Shown: positions 50,219 to 61,066, counted from the whole stretch's first letter. The stretch: 62,580 nt of DNA, filler included, from 9 parts of 9 records of this genome joined end to end with filler, not necessarily neighbours in it, one strand, 5' to 3'. Program-made: numbers and translations. The notes: a model not told the origin generated them from the sequence alone.

Positions 50219-51715
50219 ATGAGTAAAAACTATTTCAATCACATTCCTTGTGGGCAAACACTTCCTGTAAACAATATTCATGCAGTATCAGTTTCTATGC
50301 CAACTATTCAAGATGTGATTGATTATGAAGAGCAGACTCCTGAGATTTTAGAAGTTATAAAAAGTGGTTATCCAAGATTTATGCTTCACCCATATTTAAA
50401 AGAGTTAGCCCTTTATATAAAAAAGAAGTATGAAGTAAGTGATTCATATGAAGTGGTACTTTTAAGTTCTCAAAGGGCAGTTAAACTTGTAAGTGATAAA
50501 TACTATATTCACAATAAAATAGAAATAGACGAGCCTTTTGGTGTGATTTTAGTTCAAAATGGAACATCACAACTGCAAAGGGTTTTAAGTTATATTCAAC
50601 ATGTTGGATGTAATCTTTCTTCAAGACTAGCGGAGCTTTACCTTTTTGAAAAAGGTTTACTAAAAGAGCTTCATAAAGAAGAATTAGAAAATAAAGATGA
50701 TGCAAAAGATATAATCATATCTACTTTAGCAAATGCTTATAAACAACCATCTGAAAATGTACACTTAGCTCCTTCAGGTATGAATGCTATTTATTCAGTT
50801 GTAAGAGGTATAAACTCAATACAAGCAAGAAATGGAAGAACAGTCTTAGTTCAACTAGGCTGGCTTTATTTAGATACTATGAATATTGTAAACCATCATT
50901 ATCAAGAGTCAAAAAGTTTTCCACACCTTGATAGACTAGACCTTCTAGAAGAGTATTTAAAAGAAGAAGGACTTAAAGTAAGTGCTATTATTACAGAACT
51001 TCCAACAAACCCTTTATTAAAATGTCTTGATATAAAAAAGCTTAGAAAACTTTGCGATAAGTATAATATTCCATTAATCATTGATACAACATTTGCAACG
51101 CCTTTTAACCTTGATTTAACAGACTATGCAGATATCTTTGTAGAATCACTTACAAAGTTTGCCTGTGGAAATGCAGATGTTTTAATGGGAGCAATTATTT
51201 TAAATAAAAAACACCCTTTATCTCATATGAATTGGGAATTTTTTAAACACTGTGAACCTGTATATATTAAAGAGCTTCAAAGGTTAGCTTATGAAATAAA
51301 AGCTTATGAAAAAAGAGTTAAAACTATTTCAACAAATACTAAAAAGCTTATTTCATATCTTGAAAACTCTAAACTAATAAAAAAAGTTTATCACTGTATG
51401 GATGAAGAGAATAAAGAGCTTTATTCTCAAACTATTATTGATGACAACTCATATTGTGGAGTTATATCTATTGAGTTTACAAAACCTTTAACACAAACCT
51501 ATGATAAGTTAAATTTTGCAAAGGGACCAAGTCTAGGTACAGAGTTTACTCTTCTTATGCCTTATACCTATTTAGCACACTATGATTTAATACTTACAAA
51601 AGAGGGAAGAAAACATTTAGAAGATGTAAAACTGCCAATAGATTTAATTCGAATCTCAGTTGGGATTGAACCCATTGAAGAGATAATCAATGAGTTCAAA
51701 AAACTAGAAGAATAA
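50219..51715 (+). CDS. Long-form (Str2-like) cystathionine gamma-synthase
   Basis: HAVSVSMP..YEE..GYPRF, ELPTNP, SLTKF..DVLMG, KGPSLGTEFTL, RISVG. Confidence 0.75.
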   Translation: MSKNYFNHIPCGQTLPVNNIHAVSVSMPTIQDVIDYEEQTPEILEVIKSGYPRFMLHPYLKELALYIKKKYEVSDSYEVVLLSSQRAVKLVSDKYYIHNKIEIDEPFGVILVQNGTSQLQRVLSYIQHVGCNLSSRLAELYLFEKGLLKELHKEELENKDDAKDIIISTLANAYKQPSENVHLAPSGMNAIYSVVRGINSIQARNGRTVLVQLGWLYLDTMNIVNHHYQESKSFPHLDRLDLLEEYLKEEGLKVSAIITELPTNPLLKCLDIKKLRKLCDKYNIPLIIDTTFATPFNLDLTDYADIFVESLTKFACGNADVLMGAIILNKKHPLSHMNWEFFKHCEPVYIKELQRLAYEIKAYEKRVKTISTNTKKLISYLENSKLIKKVYHCMDEENKELYSQTIIDDNSYCGVISIEFTKPLTQTYDKLNFAKGPSLGTEFTLLMPYTYLAHYDLILTKEGRKHLEDVKLPIDLIRISVGIEPIEEIINEFKKLEE

Positions 51716-51716
51716 C

Positions 51717-52058
51717 TTAGAGTTTAAGTACCCCTTGAACTCTATTTGTAGTATCATTTTTAGATAAACTTAGTCTTACAACTGAGTTTTCATTTGCTTT
51801 TAGATTATGCATAACATCACCATCTAAAGCAACAATATCACCTTTTACTAAAGAAAAAATCTCTTCCTTTACTCCAAAATCAATAGAACCTTCAACTATT
51901 TCAACTGTAATTGGAAACTTTGTTTTGTGGTCTTTCATTATTTGATTTTTTGTAAATACTATTCTTATCTCTTTTCTATTTTCATCATCAAACATAGGTG
52001 TTATTAAAACTTTTTCTTCACTATATTCTATATTGTCATAAATATTAAACTTTTGCAT
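51717..52058 (-). CDS. Cupin domain protein
   Basis: MKDHKT..EGSI..GDIV..HNL. Confidence 0.8.
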   Translation of the reverse strand: MQKFNIYDNIEYSEEKVLITPMFDDENRKEIRIVFTKNQIMKDHKTKFPITVEIVEGSIDFGVKEEIFSLVKGDIVALDGDVMHNLKANENSVVRLSLSKNDTTNRVQGVLKL

Positions 52059-52120
52059 TTGAAAACCTTTTTATTGGAAGTATAATCAAATACAAAAGCT
52101 TAGCTGTTGATTTCAATCAA

Positions 52121-53593
52121 TTAAAAAATCTGAGCGTTTAAAAATAGAAAGATTCCCAAGATAAACATTACTATTGGAGCAATTATTTCTAAGGCATAAG
52201 TTATTTTATGAGATTTTTCACTTAGGTTTTTAACACTAACGCCTAAAAATGAACTTGCAAAAATTACAAGACCCATTCCAAAACTAATAGCAATAGAAGC
52301 TAAAATAACTGCAAAATAAGTTTCTAGAACAAAAGCATAAATAAACAGTACAACAGTACCAGGACAAGGAATTATTCCTGAAGTTATAACAAAATATAAA
52401 TCTTGCTTCATAAAGTTTGGTTTTAAACTATTTGTTGTTTTAGGTTTACTTGTACTCCAAGGACTTTGTGATGTTTTAGCAGGTGTTGAACAACAAGAGC
52501 TACAAGAACAACCTTTATTTTTAAGCTTTCTATATAAGATATAAATAGCTAAAGCCATAATAAGTACAGCAGAAAACTTTGTTAAAATCTCAACAGAATC
52601 ATTTACAAAGTTATTTAAAACTGACTGTAAAATAAAGATAGAAACAATAACTAAAATCAAAGCTCCAACAATATGAATAAAAGCACTAGCTTGTGAGATT
52701 GCAAAAGCTTTTGTATATGAGCTTTTATTTGCCATAAAATATGAAAAGGCTAAAGACTTTCCATGTCCAGGTCCTAAAGCATGAATAACCCCATAAACAA
52801 AAGATACAACTAAAAGCATAAGTAAAGCTAGGTTATCACCATTTTCAATTCGTACAAGGTAATATTTAACTTTTTTAACAAAATCTTTTAAAAGAGATTC
52901 ATTCTCTTCTTGTTTGTTTTGTTCTTCATATAAAGTTTGCTCTTCAACTTTTTCGTTTGTTTGCTCTATTTGTTCAATATTATTTTGTTTTTCAGAGTTT
53001 TGAGCAAGTTCACCTTCAAGGGTGAAGTTAAAAATCAACTCTTCTCTTGTAAATACTTTTGTTGTTTTAACATCTTCTATTTTATTGACTTTAGATAACT
53101 TATCAAAATGCACTAATATAAAATAGTTTTCATCATCACTTACTCTAAAATATAAAGCATGTTCATTTTTTACTTCAAAATTTAAATCAATTGTATAATC
53201 AAAATGTAAAATAGAGTTCTTAATATAAACTTTTTTTTCTGATACATTAATAGGTAGAAAACTGTTTTTATCTAAAGTCTTAGAATAAGAAAGCTGAACA
53301 AGATAATCTCTTGGAATTACATATTCATAAATAGCTTCCCCTATAAGTTCTAACTCATCTTTATCAAAAAAATTATTGGCATTTTTATCATAAACCTCTT
53401 TTAAAGAGTCAGTAAAATCTTTTGTTAAAACCCAAGTAACTTTTGCAGTATTTATTTTTTTAGGTGAAGCATCAACTTCAATATAGAATTTTGTTTCAGG
53501 AGAGTAGACAGTACAAATAGCGCACCCATAAAGTGCACTACTTGAAATAAATAAAAATAGAAATATTTTACTTATAAGAGTTTGCAATTTCAT
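52121..53593 (-). CDS. DUF1007-like domain fused to RcnA/NiCoT-type metal transporter
   Basis: YGVIHALGPGHGK, GIIPCPG; periplasmic N-domain with CAIC. Confidence 0.82.
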   Translation of the reverse strand: MKLQTLISKIFLFLFISSSALYGCAICTVYSPETKFYIEVDASPKKINTAKVTWVLTKDFTDSLKEVYDKNANNFFDKDELELIGEAIYEYVIPRDYLVQLSYSKTLDKNSFLPINVSEKKVYIKNSILHFDYTIDLNFEVKNEHALYFRVSDDENYFILVHFDKLSKVNKIEDVKTTKVFTREELIFNFTLEGELAQNSEKQNNIEQIEQTNEKVEEQTLYEEQNKQEENESLLKDFVKKVKYYLVRIENGDNLALLMLLVVSFVYGVIHALGPGHGKSLAFSYFMANKSSYTKAFAISQASAFIHIVGALILVIVSIFILQSVLNNFVNDSVEILTKFSAVLIMALAIYILYRKLKNKGCSCSSCCSTPAKTSQSPWSTSKPKTTNSLKPNFMKQDLYFVITSGIIPCPGTVVLFIYAFVLETYFAVILASIAISFGMGLVIFASSFLGVSVKNLSEKSHKITYALEIIAPIVMFILGIFLFLNAQIF

Positions 53594-54578
53594 TTGCTAC
53601 TTTTAGTAAGTTTTTATCCCAGTTTTCAGCTAATGGGTCTATTACAACAACATTTGATTTGATAGTACCTGAGATTGTTTTAGCACCTTTTTTTGAAAAT
53701 TGTGGAGCTACAAATACAACCTTGATATCATGTTTTTTTGCTTCTTCAATTAACTCAACTAACTGAGAAGGTTTTGGCTCTTTTCCTTCAATCTCAATAG
53801 CTATTTGCTCTAAGTGATATTTCTTTGCAAAATATCCCCATGATGGATGAAATACCATGAAAGCTTTATGTTCATACTTTTTTAAAATAGATTTTAATTG
53901 AGCATCTAAAGACTCTAATTCTATTAAAAATGTTTGTAAATTCTTTTTATAAAACTCTTTGTTCTCTGGGTCAATTTTAACTAACTCTCTATAAATAATC
54001 TTTGCTTGATTTTTAACTAATGTTGGTTCTAACCAAATATGAGGGTCAAGTCCAGTATGCTCATGTCCATGCTCATCTGTTTTCTCTTCTTTGTATTCAT
54101 CGTGATCTTTATGTTCATCTTCGTGGTCGTGATGTGCATGGTTATGCTCTGGTCCATCATGGTCATGGTGAGCGTGTTCATCTTCATGGTCGTGCTGAGT
54201 ATTTCCATTTTCTTCATGCTTAGCTAAATGCTCATCATGGTCATGGTGAGAATGAGCTGCCATTTCTATTTTTTTGATACCTTCTGAAGTATCCACTATC
54301 TTCATATCTTTATTTGCATTTTCAAACTTCTCTAACCAAGCATTTTCAAAAGGAACACCAATTGCAAAATAGATTTCAGAATTTGCTAGCTTTTTCATTT
54401 GAGATACTTTTGGTTCATACGTTGCAGGAGAAGCTCCTGGCTTAACCATAACATTTACATTTATTTTATCGCCAGATATTTTTTCAACAAAAAACTTTTG
54501 AGGCACTATACTTACGGTAACCTCTTTAGAAAATAAAATTGCAGTAAATGCAAAAAAAGTTATAAGAATATTTTTCAT
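53568..54578 (-). CDS. znuA: Zinc ABC-type substrate-binding protein with His-rich loop
   Basis: PATYEP, DPHIW, FHPSWGYF, EGKEP; His/Asp/Glu loop of about 65 aa. Confidence 0.9.
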   Translation of the reverse strand: MKNILITFFAFTAILFSKEVTVSIVPQKFFVEKISGDKINVNVMVKPGASPATYEPKVSQMKKLANSEIYFAIGVPFENAWLEKFENANKDMKIVDTSEGIKKIEMAAHSHHDHDEHLAKHEENGNTQHDHEDEHAHHDHDGPEHNHAHHDHEDEHKDHDEYKEEKTDEHGHEHTGLDPHIWLEPTLVKNQAKIIYRELVKIDPENKEFYKKNLQTFLIELESLDAQLKSILKKYEHKAFMVFHPSWGYFAKKYHLEQIAIEIEGKEPKPSQLVELIEEAKKHDIKVVFVAPQFSKKGAKTISGTIKSNVVVIDPLAENWDKNLLKVANEIANSYK

Positions 54579-54601
54579 ATATTACCTTTATGATATTATT
54601 T

Positions 54602-54664
54602 TGCAACCCAGTTGCATTTATTTGAAATAGTAGTATATTAAAACTTTTATGCAACTTAGTTGTA
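54602..54664. promoter_or_regulatory. Two putative Zur/Fur-family boxes
   Basis: TGCAAC-CCA-GTTGCA (54602-16) and TGCAAC-TTA-GTTGTA (54650-64). Confidence 0.7.
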
Positions 54665-54718
54665 TTTTTTAGCTTTCTTAGTATAGAAAATTTAAAATTA
54701 ATAAGATATAATCCAAAT

Positions 54719-55093
54719 ATGAACATAGAAAAAATAGCTAACGAATCCAACGTAAAACTAACAACTGCTAGAAGAGCAATCTTAGAAATACTTATTAATA
54801 CAAAGCGTCCTTTATGCTATGAGGACATAAAAGATGAACTAAAAATGGACAAAGCTACATTTTATAGAAATATTTCTATTTTTGAAGAACAAAACATCAT
54901 TACTTCATTTGAATCAAATGATAGAAAAAGATATTTTGAATTTCAAAAAAGCGAGCATTCTCACTTTATTTGTACAGCCTGTTCAAAAATCGAGTGTATC
55001 CATGAAAGCCCTACATTTAATCTAACAGGGTATAAAATAGATAATATTGTTATAAAGGGTATTTGCCCAAATTGTTTACAAAAAGGAAATTAA
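54719..55093 (+). CDS. Fur family regulator, probable Zur
   Basis: DKATFYR, HSHFICTAC, GICPNC; divergent from znuA. Confidence 0.85.
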   Translation: MNIEKIANESNVKLTTARRAILEILINTKRPLCYEDIKDELKMDKATFYRNISIFEEQNIITSFESNDRKRYFEFQKSEHSHFICTACSKIECIHESPTFNLTGYKIDNIVIKGICPNCLQKGN

Positions 55094-55096
55094 CAT

Positions 55097-56377
55097 ATGA
55101 TTCAACCATTGATTACTTTAGAAAAGTTTATCAATAAAGAAGCCCTAAGTGGAATCTTATTATTTGTTGCAACTGTTGCTGCTGTAATTGTTGCTAACTC
55201 AAGTCTTGGACAAGCATATTATGACTTATGGCACTTACCTCTTGGTATAAATATTGGAGAAATAAAAGTCTCAATGACACTGACATATTGGATTGATGAT
55301 GCTTTAATGGCATTATTTTTCCTAATGGTTGGTTTAGAAATAAAAAGAGAGATGTTAATTGGAGAGCTTTCAACAATAAATAAAGCTTCTTTTCCATTAA
55401 TTGCAGCAGTTGGTGGTATGGCAATCCCAGCACTAATATATGTAGCATTAAACCCTAGTAATCCTTTAGGATTTGGTGTTCCAATGGCAACAGATATTGC
55501 TTTTGCTCTTGGTATTTTAATGCTTTTAGGAAAAAGAGTTAATCCAGCATTAAAACTATTTTTAGTTGCTTTAGCAGTAGTTGATGATTTAGGTGCTGTT
55601 TTAGTTGTTGCAACTGTTTATACAAGTGATATTCAATCACAATACTTCATTCATGCAGGTATTATTTATGCACTTATTTGGCTTTTAAATAAAAGAGGTG
55701 TAACTAATCTTTTACCTTATCTTTTATTAGGTATTGCTCTTTGGGTTTATATTCATGCAATTGGTATTCACGCAACTATTGCTGGTGTTTTATTAGCTTT
55801 TGCTATTCCAATTAGTTCAAAGATTGATGAAAAAGAGTTTATCAATGATACAAGACAATCAGTAGATGAGTTTGAAAAAAATATGGATGAAGTTCCTGTT
55901 TTAAATCATCATCAAATTGATGCATTAGAAACTATTGGTTATGGATATGATAAAGTTCAAAATCCACTTGTAAGATTAGAGCATAACTTACATGGCTTAT
56001 CAGCATTTTTTATTATGCCTTTATTCGCATTCTCAAATGCAGGGGTTTTAATTGACTTCTCAACGGTTCATGCAAACCTACCAATTGTTCTTGGTGTAGT
56101 AATTGGTCTTGTTATTGGTAAACCAGTTGGTATTTTAGGGTTCACTTATTTAGCGCACAAATTCAAAATTGTTAAGAAACCAGATACTATTTCTTGGAGT
56201 GAAATTTTAGCAGTTGGTTTTATTGCTGGTATTGGGTTTACAATGTCAATTTTTATTACTCATTTAGCCTTTGTTAGTGAAGAAGTAATTGCCGCAGTTA
56301 AACTTGGTGTATTTGCAGCTTCATTTGTTGCTGCTGTTATTGGTGTTATTTTACTACTTAGAGTTAAAAGAAATTAA
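55097..56377 (+). CDS. nhaA: Na+/H+ antiporter NhaA
   Basis: GLEIKRE, ATDIAFALG, AVVDDLG, GIGFTMSIF. Confidence 0.96.
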   Translation: MIQPLITLEKFINKEALSGILLFVATVAAVIVANSSLGQAYYDLWHLPLGINIGEIKVSMTLTYWIDDALMALFFLMVGLEIKREMLIGELSTINKASFPLIAAVGGMAIPALIYVALNPSNPLGFGVPMATDIAFALGILMLLGKRVNPALKLFLVALAVVDDLGAVLVVATVYTSDIQSQYFIHAGIIYALIWLLNKRGVTNLLPYLLLGIALWVYIHAIGIHATIAGVLLAFAIPISSKIDEKEFINDTRQSVDEFEKNMDEVPVLNHHQIDALETIGYGYDKVQNPLVRLEHNLHGLSAFFIMPLFAFSNAGVLIDFSTVHANLPIVLGVVIGLVIGKPVGILGFTYLAHKFKIVKKPDTISWSEILAVGFIAGIGFTMSIFITHLAFVSEEVIAAVKLGVFAASFVAAVIGVILLLRVKRN

Positions 56378-56432
56378 CAATTTTTTAACACAAGTAATAT
56401 AAAATATTCCCAAAAATTATAAAAGGCATAAA

Positions 56433-56660
56433 ATGAAAAAAACTCTACTTGGATTATTAGTAGCTGGTTCTACTTTATTTGCTTCATCTATTGAAGTAAA
56501 AGACTCTTATGTAAGAGCTACACCTCCAGGGTTACCAAACTCTGCTGCATTTATGACAGTTGTTAATACTAGTGATAAAGATGTTGCTATTGTTAAAGCA
56601 TCATCAATAGTATCAAAAGTTGTTGAATTACATACTCATGATATGAAAGATGGTGTTATG
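56433..56660 (+). CDS. Copper chaperone PCu(A)C, 3'-truncated
   Basis: Signal peptide, VRATPPG..SAAFM, VELHTH..GVM. Confidence 0.88.
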
Positions 56661-56760
56661 NNNNNNNNNNNNNNNNNNNNNNNNNNNNNNNNNNNNNNNN
56701 NNNNTTAATTAATTAANNNNNNNNNNNNNNNNNNNNNNNNNNNNNNNNNNNNNNNNNNNN

Positions 56761-57165
56761 GGTATAGCTCAATATGGTTATTTAGATACAAATCCTGTAT
56801 TTGATAACCCAAAATTAAAACCTGTTATGTCTCTTTGGGCACAAAAAATTGCAACAAGAGTTTTAAAGAAAAATCAAAGTGTTGGTTATGGTGGAGAATT
56901 TACTGCAAAAGAGGATATGACTGTTTCTACTTATAATTTAGGTTATGGTGATGGGTTTCTAAGGTTAAATGGGAAACATGAATATCTTACTCCTAAAGGT
57001 TTTAAAATATTAGGAAAAGTTTCTATGGATAATCTATCTATTAACTCAGAAGATGAAGAGGTTTGTATTTTTGATGATGTTACAAAACTTGCAAAAATTC
57101 ATGATACAATAACATATGAAATAACAACAACACTTAACCCAAGTATTCCAAAAGAGATAAAATGA
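56761..57165 (+). CDS. alr: Alanine racemase, 5'-truncated
   Basis: GIAQYG, VGYGG, GYGDG, GKVSMD, TITYEI. Confidence 0.93.
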   Translation, partial: GIAQYGYLDTNPVFDNPKLKPVMSLWAQKIATRVLKKNQSVGYGGEFTAKEDMTVSTYNLGYGDGFLRLNGKHEYLTPKGFKILGKVSMDNLSINSEDEEVCIFDDVTKLAKIHDTITYEITTTLNPSIPKEIK

Positions 57166-57833
57166 CAAAAATACTTTTTTCTGTATTATCAATAGTTTCA
57201 CTCTCTAGTGCTTTAAGTATTGAACAGATAAAAGATATTCAAAAACAAAATGGTTCAGTTGAAGCATTGAAATATTATAAACAATTAGCAAAAGATAATA
57301 ACAAAGAAGCTATTTTTCAAATTGCAAAAATTTATATTGAGGGAAAAGGTATAAAAAGAAGTTACACTACAGCAAAAGAGTACCTCGAAAAAGCAAAAGA
57401 CTTAAATCACAACAAATCAACATACTACCTAGGAAAACTATATCTATCAAAAAAAAGCCCCTACTTCGATTTAACATTGGCATATAACACTTTTGTAGAA
57501 GCTGCAAACAATGATTATGCACCTGCACAAAATATGGTTGGACAATTTCTTGTAAATGGTATAGCAGTTGATAAAGACTATACTTTAGCTGTCAAACTTT
57601 TTGAAAAAGCAGCAAAACAAAACTATGTTCAAGCACAATGTAATCTTGCTTTTATGTATGCAGCAGGGAAAGGTGTTTTTCCAAACTTCGGCAGAGCTCA
57701 TCAGTTTGCAAAAAAAGGAAAAGAGATGGGTGTGAAAAGATGTGAATATGTTTGGAAAGAATTCAACTTAGCCAAATATCCTGAGGATAAAGGCTTTAAG
57801 TTTAACTTCTATACAACTCCTACAGAAGAATAA
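57162..57833 (+). CDS. Sel1-repeat secreted protein
   Basis: Signal peptide; [27 protein letters not shown]. Confidence 0.88.
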   Translation: MTKILFSVLSIVSLSSALSIEQIKDIQKQNGSVEALKYYKQLAKDNNKEAIFQIAKIYIEGKGIKRSYTTAKEYLEKAKDLNHNKSTYYLGKLYLSKKSPYFDLTLAYNTFVEAANNDYAPAQNMVGQFLVNGIAVDKDYTLAVKLFEKAAKQNYVQAQCNLAFMYAAGKGVFPNFGRAHQFAKKGKEMGVKRCEYVWKEFNLAKYPEDKGFKFNFYTTPTEE

Positions 57834-59184
57834 GAGTTGCAAGACCTAAGAAACTAAAAAATCCAACTACATCAGTAACTGTTGTTAATATTACAGTTGA
57901 ACCAATTGCTGGATCGATACCAAATTTATCTAATACTATTGGAATCATTGCACCAAAAAAACCTGCACTTAAAAGATTTATAACCATTGATAAAGCAATA
58001 ACTAAACCTAAGAGTGGGATTTTAAACCAAACAAATGCAATAATCCCAATAACTACTGCAAATATCAAACCATTTGCCAAAGAGATGATAACCTCTTTAT
58101 TTATAGTTTTCTTTGCATCTTCATAGCTAATCTCACCTAGTGCCATTTGTCTTACTGTTACTGTTAGAGTTTGTGTTCCTGCATTTCCACCCATAGATGC
58201 AACTATAGGCATTAAAACTGCAAGTGCAACCAAAGATTGAATAGTTGCATCAAAAAGACCAATAACTATTGATGCAAAAATTGCAGTCATTAGGTTTATT
58301 CCTAACCAAATTGCTCTTTTTCTACCAATAAGGTAAACACTCTCTTCATGCTCAGCATCATCATTTACCCCGGCTAAAGAGTAAAGTTGTTTTGTATCTT
58401 GCTCTTGAATAATATCATGAATATCATCGTGTGTAATTCTACCAACAAGTTTGTTGTTTTCGTCAACAACAGCTAAGGCACTTAAGTTATAGTGAGTAAA
58501 CATCTCTACAACATCTGCTATTTCACTTTTATGTTCACATGAATAATTTTTGACTTTTTCTTGAGGAACCTCACTAAACATTTGGTCTTTTTCAAAAAGA
58601 ATCAACTCTTCAAGTCCAATAGAACCTAAAAGCTCCCCTTCATTGTTTAATAAAAACACATGAAAAATATTATCTAATAAATCTTCATCTTTTAGTCTTT
58701 TTAATCTCTTTAGTGCTGTACCAATTTTTTCATTTAGTTTTGCACTAAAAAGCTCACTTTGCATGTACGATCCAGCTTCATCATCGGCATAAGAGTTAAG
58801 CTGCTCAATAATTTGTTTATCTTCATCATCAAGTTTTGAAAGAATAGTTTGTGCAAACTCTTCATCTTTTTGTGATAAGTTATAGATTAATTCAGAAGCA
58901 TCATCACTATCCATTTTAGATGTAATATTTACAATCTTTTTATCACTGATTACCTCAGCAATCTCTTCTTGAATATAACTTGGCATCTCACATAAGATTT
59001 GTGCAAACAAGTCACTTGGAGTTTTTTTACAAATCTCAACATAACTGTCAAAATCAATATCTCTTAATTTTTCTAACTCTTTTGATAAATCGTATGGGTG
59101 AATTTCGCTGTTTCCGTTTTTAAAGTTCTCTATCTCTTCTAATAAAACACTTTTTATCTCTTCTTGTTTTGAAATCTCTTCCAT
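57820..59184 (-). CDS. mgtE: Magnesium transporter MgtE
   Basis: CBS pair, GGNAGTQ, IDPA, TTVTDVVG. Confidence 0.95.
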   Translation of the reverse strand: MEEISKQEEIKSVLLEEIENFKNGNSEIHPYDLSKELEKLRDIDFDSYVEICKKTPSDLFAQILCEMPSYIQEEIAEVISDKKIVNITSKMDSDDASELIYNLSQKDEEFAQTILSKLDDEDKQIIEQLNSYADDEAGSYMQSELFSAKLNEKIGTALKRLKRLKDEDLLDNIFHVFLLNNEGELLGSIGLEELILFEKDQMFSEVPQEKVKNYSCEHKSEIADVVEMFTHYNLSALAVVDENNKLVGRITHDDIHDIIQEQDTKQLYSLAGVNDDAEHEESVYLIGRKRAIWLGINLMTAIFASIVIGLFDATIQSLVALAVLMPIVASMGGNAGTQTLTVTVRQMALGEISYEDAKKTINKEVIISLANGLIFAVVIGIIAFVWFKIPLLGLVIALSMVINLLSAGFFGAMIPIVLDKFGIDPAIGSTVILTTVTDVVGFFSFLGLATLILL

Positions 59185-59185
59185 A

Positions 59186-60151
59186 TTAAATCCATTTGTT
59201 CTTTTTTAATAAATAATATTGTAAAGCACCCATTGCTACTAAAGCTACTATAAATAACCCAAAAGCATCTTTGTTTTCAGCCCCAGGCATTCCTCCTACA
59301 TTTATACCAAAAAGTCCAGTTAAAAAACCTAGTGGTAAAAAAATAGCAGAGATTATAGATAAAACATACATTCTTTGGTTCATTTGTTCACTCATTTTAT
59401 TTGTAATCTCTTCTTGAACCAAAGCTATTTTGTCATTTATTGCATCTAGTTCTTCTATATATCTTATTAGTTGGTTGTTAATCTCTCTTAATTGAATTTT
59501 ATCATAATCACTAAGCCATGAAATTTTATCATGGTACAAAATATACATTGCTTCTTTTTGTGGAGAAAGATATCTTCTTAATGTTATTGCACTTCTTCTT
59601 ATTGTTGATACTTTTGTTCTAAGTTCTAAACTGTTTGATTCTATAACTAACTCTTCAACTTCAGAAATACTATCTTGCATATTTTCAATAGTACCTTCCA
59701 TTCTTATAGTAAGTCTTTCAAGTAAAGTAATTAAAAACTCTGCACTATTTGTAGGACCCTTTTTTAATTTGAAACTATTTAATATATCTTTTACAGATAA
59801 AAGATCTCTTTTTTTTGTACTTACAATTAGATTAGGCGTAATAAAAAGCCTAATAGAAATCATATCTTCTGGGTCTTGATTTGGATTTAAATTTACACCT
59901 CTTAAAGCCAAAAGAATTGTGTCTTCTAAAATAGTTGTTCTAGGTCTTGTTTCTTCAGTTAATAACGCATCAATAGCAATTTGATCTATTCCACTATAAT
60001 TTGAAATCCAATCAATTGCTTCTTTACTTGAATAATCAAAATGAACCCACAAAAGCCCCATACTTTCATCATAGTTATGAAGCTCTTCAAAGCTTAAGTG
60101 TTTAGCTGAACCTTGATTATCGAACAAAACAGCATGAGATAAACCACCCAT
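59186..60151 (-). CDS. zntB: CorA-family transporter, ZntB type
   Basis: ETRPR, LRGVNLNP, FLPLGFLTGLFGINVGGMPG (GIN motif). Confidence 0.88.
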   Translation of the reverse strand: MGGLSHAVLFDNQGSAKHLSFEELHNYDESMGLLWVHFDYSSKEAIDWISNYSGIDQIAIDALLTEETRPRTTILEDTILLALRGVNLNPNQDPEDMISIRLFITPNLIVSTKKRDLLSVKDILNSFKLKKGPTNSAEFLITLLERLTIRMEGTIENMQDSISEVEELVIESNSLELRTKVSTIRRSAITLRRYLSPQKEAMYILYHDKISWLSDYDKIQLREINNQLIRYIEELDAINDKIALVQEEITNKMSEQMNQRMYVLSIISAIFLPLGFLTGLFGINVGGMPGAENKDAFGLFIVALVAMGALQYYLLKKNKWI

Positions 60152-60219
60152 TTATTTCCCTTGTTTTTTATAATTAATATTATAGATTATAACAAAAATA
60201 TTCATACTTTCCCTTACAA

Positions 60220-60939
60220 CTAAATTGTTAGAGCATCATGCCATTGAACAATTGATAATCTATATCCACTTTTTACTTCTAAAACTTCATGTGTAAAATA
60301 TGGATTACTTAAAAAAACTATCATATCTCCAGCTTCTGGTTCTAGTTTGATATTATTTTTATCTTTTTCGTATAAATAATTAAATACTAATTCTCCACCT
60401 TGAAAACAATTCTTTTTTTCCTCTTTACAATGTGAAGTTGAGAATAAAACAGTTGTAAGTTTTCTATTATTTGCAACACATTTAAATCCAACAAGTTTCT
60501 CTTCATCTAATAGCATATTTGAATCATCACTATGAGCCACATAAAAAGAGCCTTTTGTATATTCTAAAACTTGTATTTTAGTACTTGTAGTCAATGCTAT
60601 ATTAAAAAACTCTTCAATTTTTGGTTGAAATGTTTTAAATACTTTGTCATATAAAGATATGAATTCTTCATCCATTTTATAGATTTTTGTTTTTCTTACA
60701 TCTTTATCTATATGGTTTGCATAGTTTTCAGATTTTACTTTTGCCTGTATTGCATCATCATCTTTTCTTGTTGATTTTACAATCTCTTGACAAATCTCTT
60801 TTGAAAAAAAGTTTTTAATAACTAAAAATGGGTAATCATGATATTGATTAGGTAGAATTTTTGTTTCAATATCAAGTGTATTTAGATAACTATCACAATA
60901 AACAAAATTGCTTATTTGCTCAAGCTCAAGCTTTTTCAT
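60220..60939 (-). CDS. 2OG-Fe(II) oxygenase
   Basis: HSD, FQGGEL, HEV..GYRLSIV. Confidence 0.88.
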   Translation of the reverse strand: MKKLELEQISNFVYCDSYLNTLDIETKILPNQYHDYPFLVIKNFFSKEICQEIVKSTRKDDDAIQAKVKSENYANHIDKDVRKTKIYKMDEEFISLYDKVFKTFQPKIEEFFNIALTTSTKIQVLEYTKGSFYVAHSDDSNMLLDEEKLVGFKCVANNRKLTTVLFSTSHCKEEKKNCFQGGELVFNYLYEKDKNNIKLEPEAGDMIVFLSNPYFTHEVLEVKSGYRLSIVQWHDALTI

Positions 60940-61027
60940 ATTTCTCCTAAATAAAAATTAAGGATGAAATTATAAGTTAAAAATTGTGATTTTTTCTAAA
61001 ATAAATCTTAAATATTTTTTTGAGGTC

Positions 61028-61051
61028 AAAAACCCCTACGAGATAGGAGTT
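61028..61051 (-). terminator. Intrinsic terminator after adk-cinA-like unit
   Basis: Minus strand AACTCCTA-TCTCG-TAGGGGTT-TTT. Confidence 0.6.
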
Positions 61052-61066
61052 CTTTTAAGGAATAAA

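Noticed and set aside
54055-54260. Low-complexity CAT/GAT repeats and overlapping Met-rich ORFs
   Set aside because: His-rich loop of ZnuA; the alternative frames are by-products
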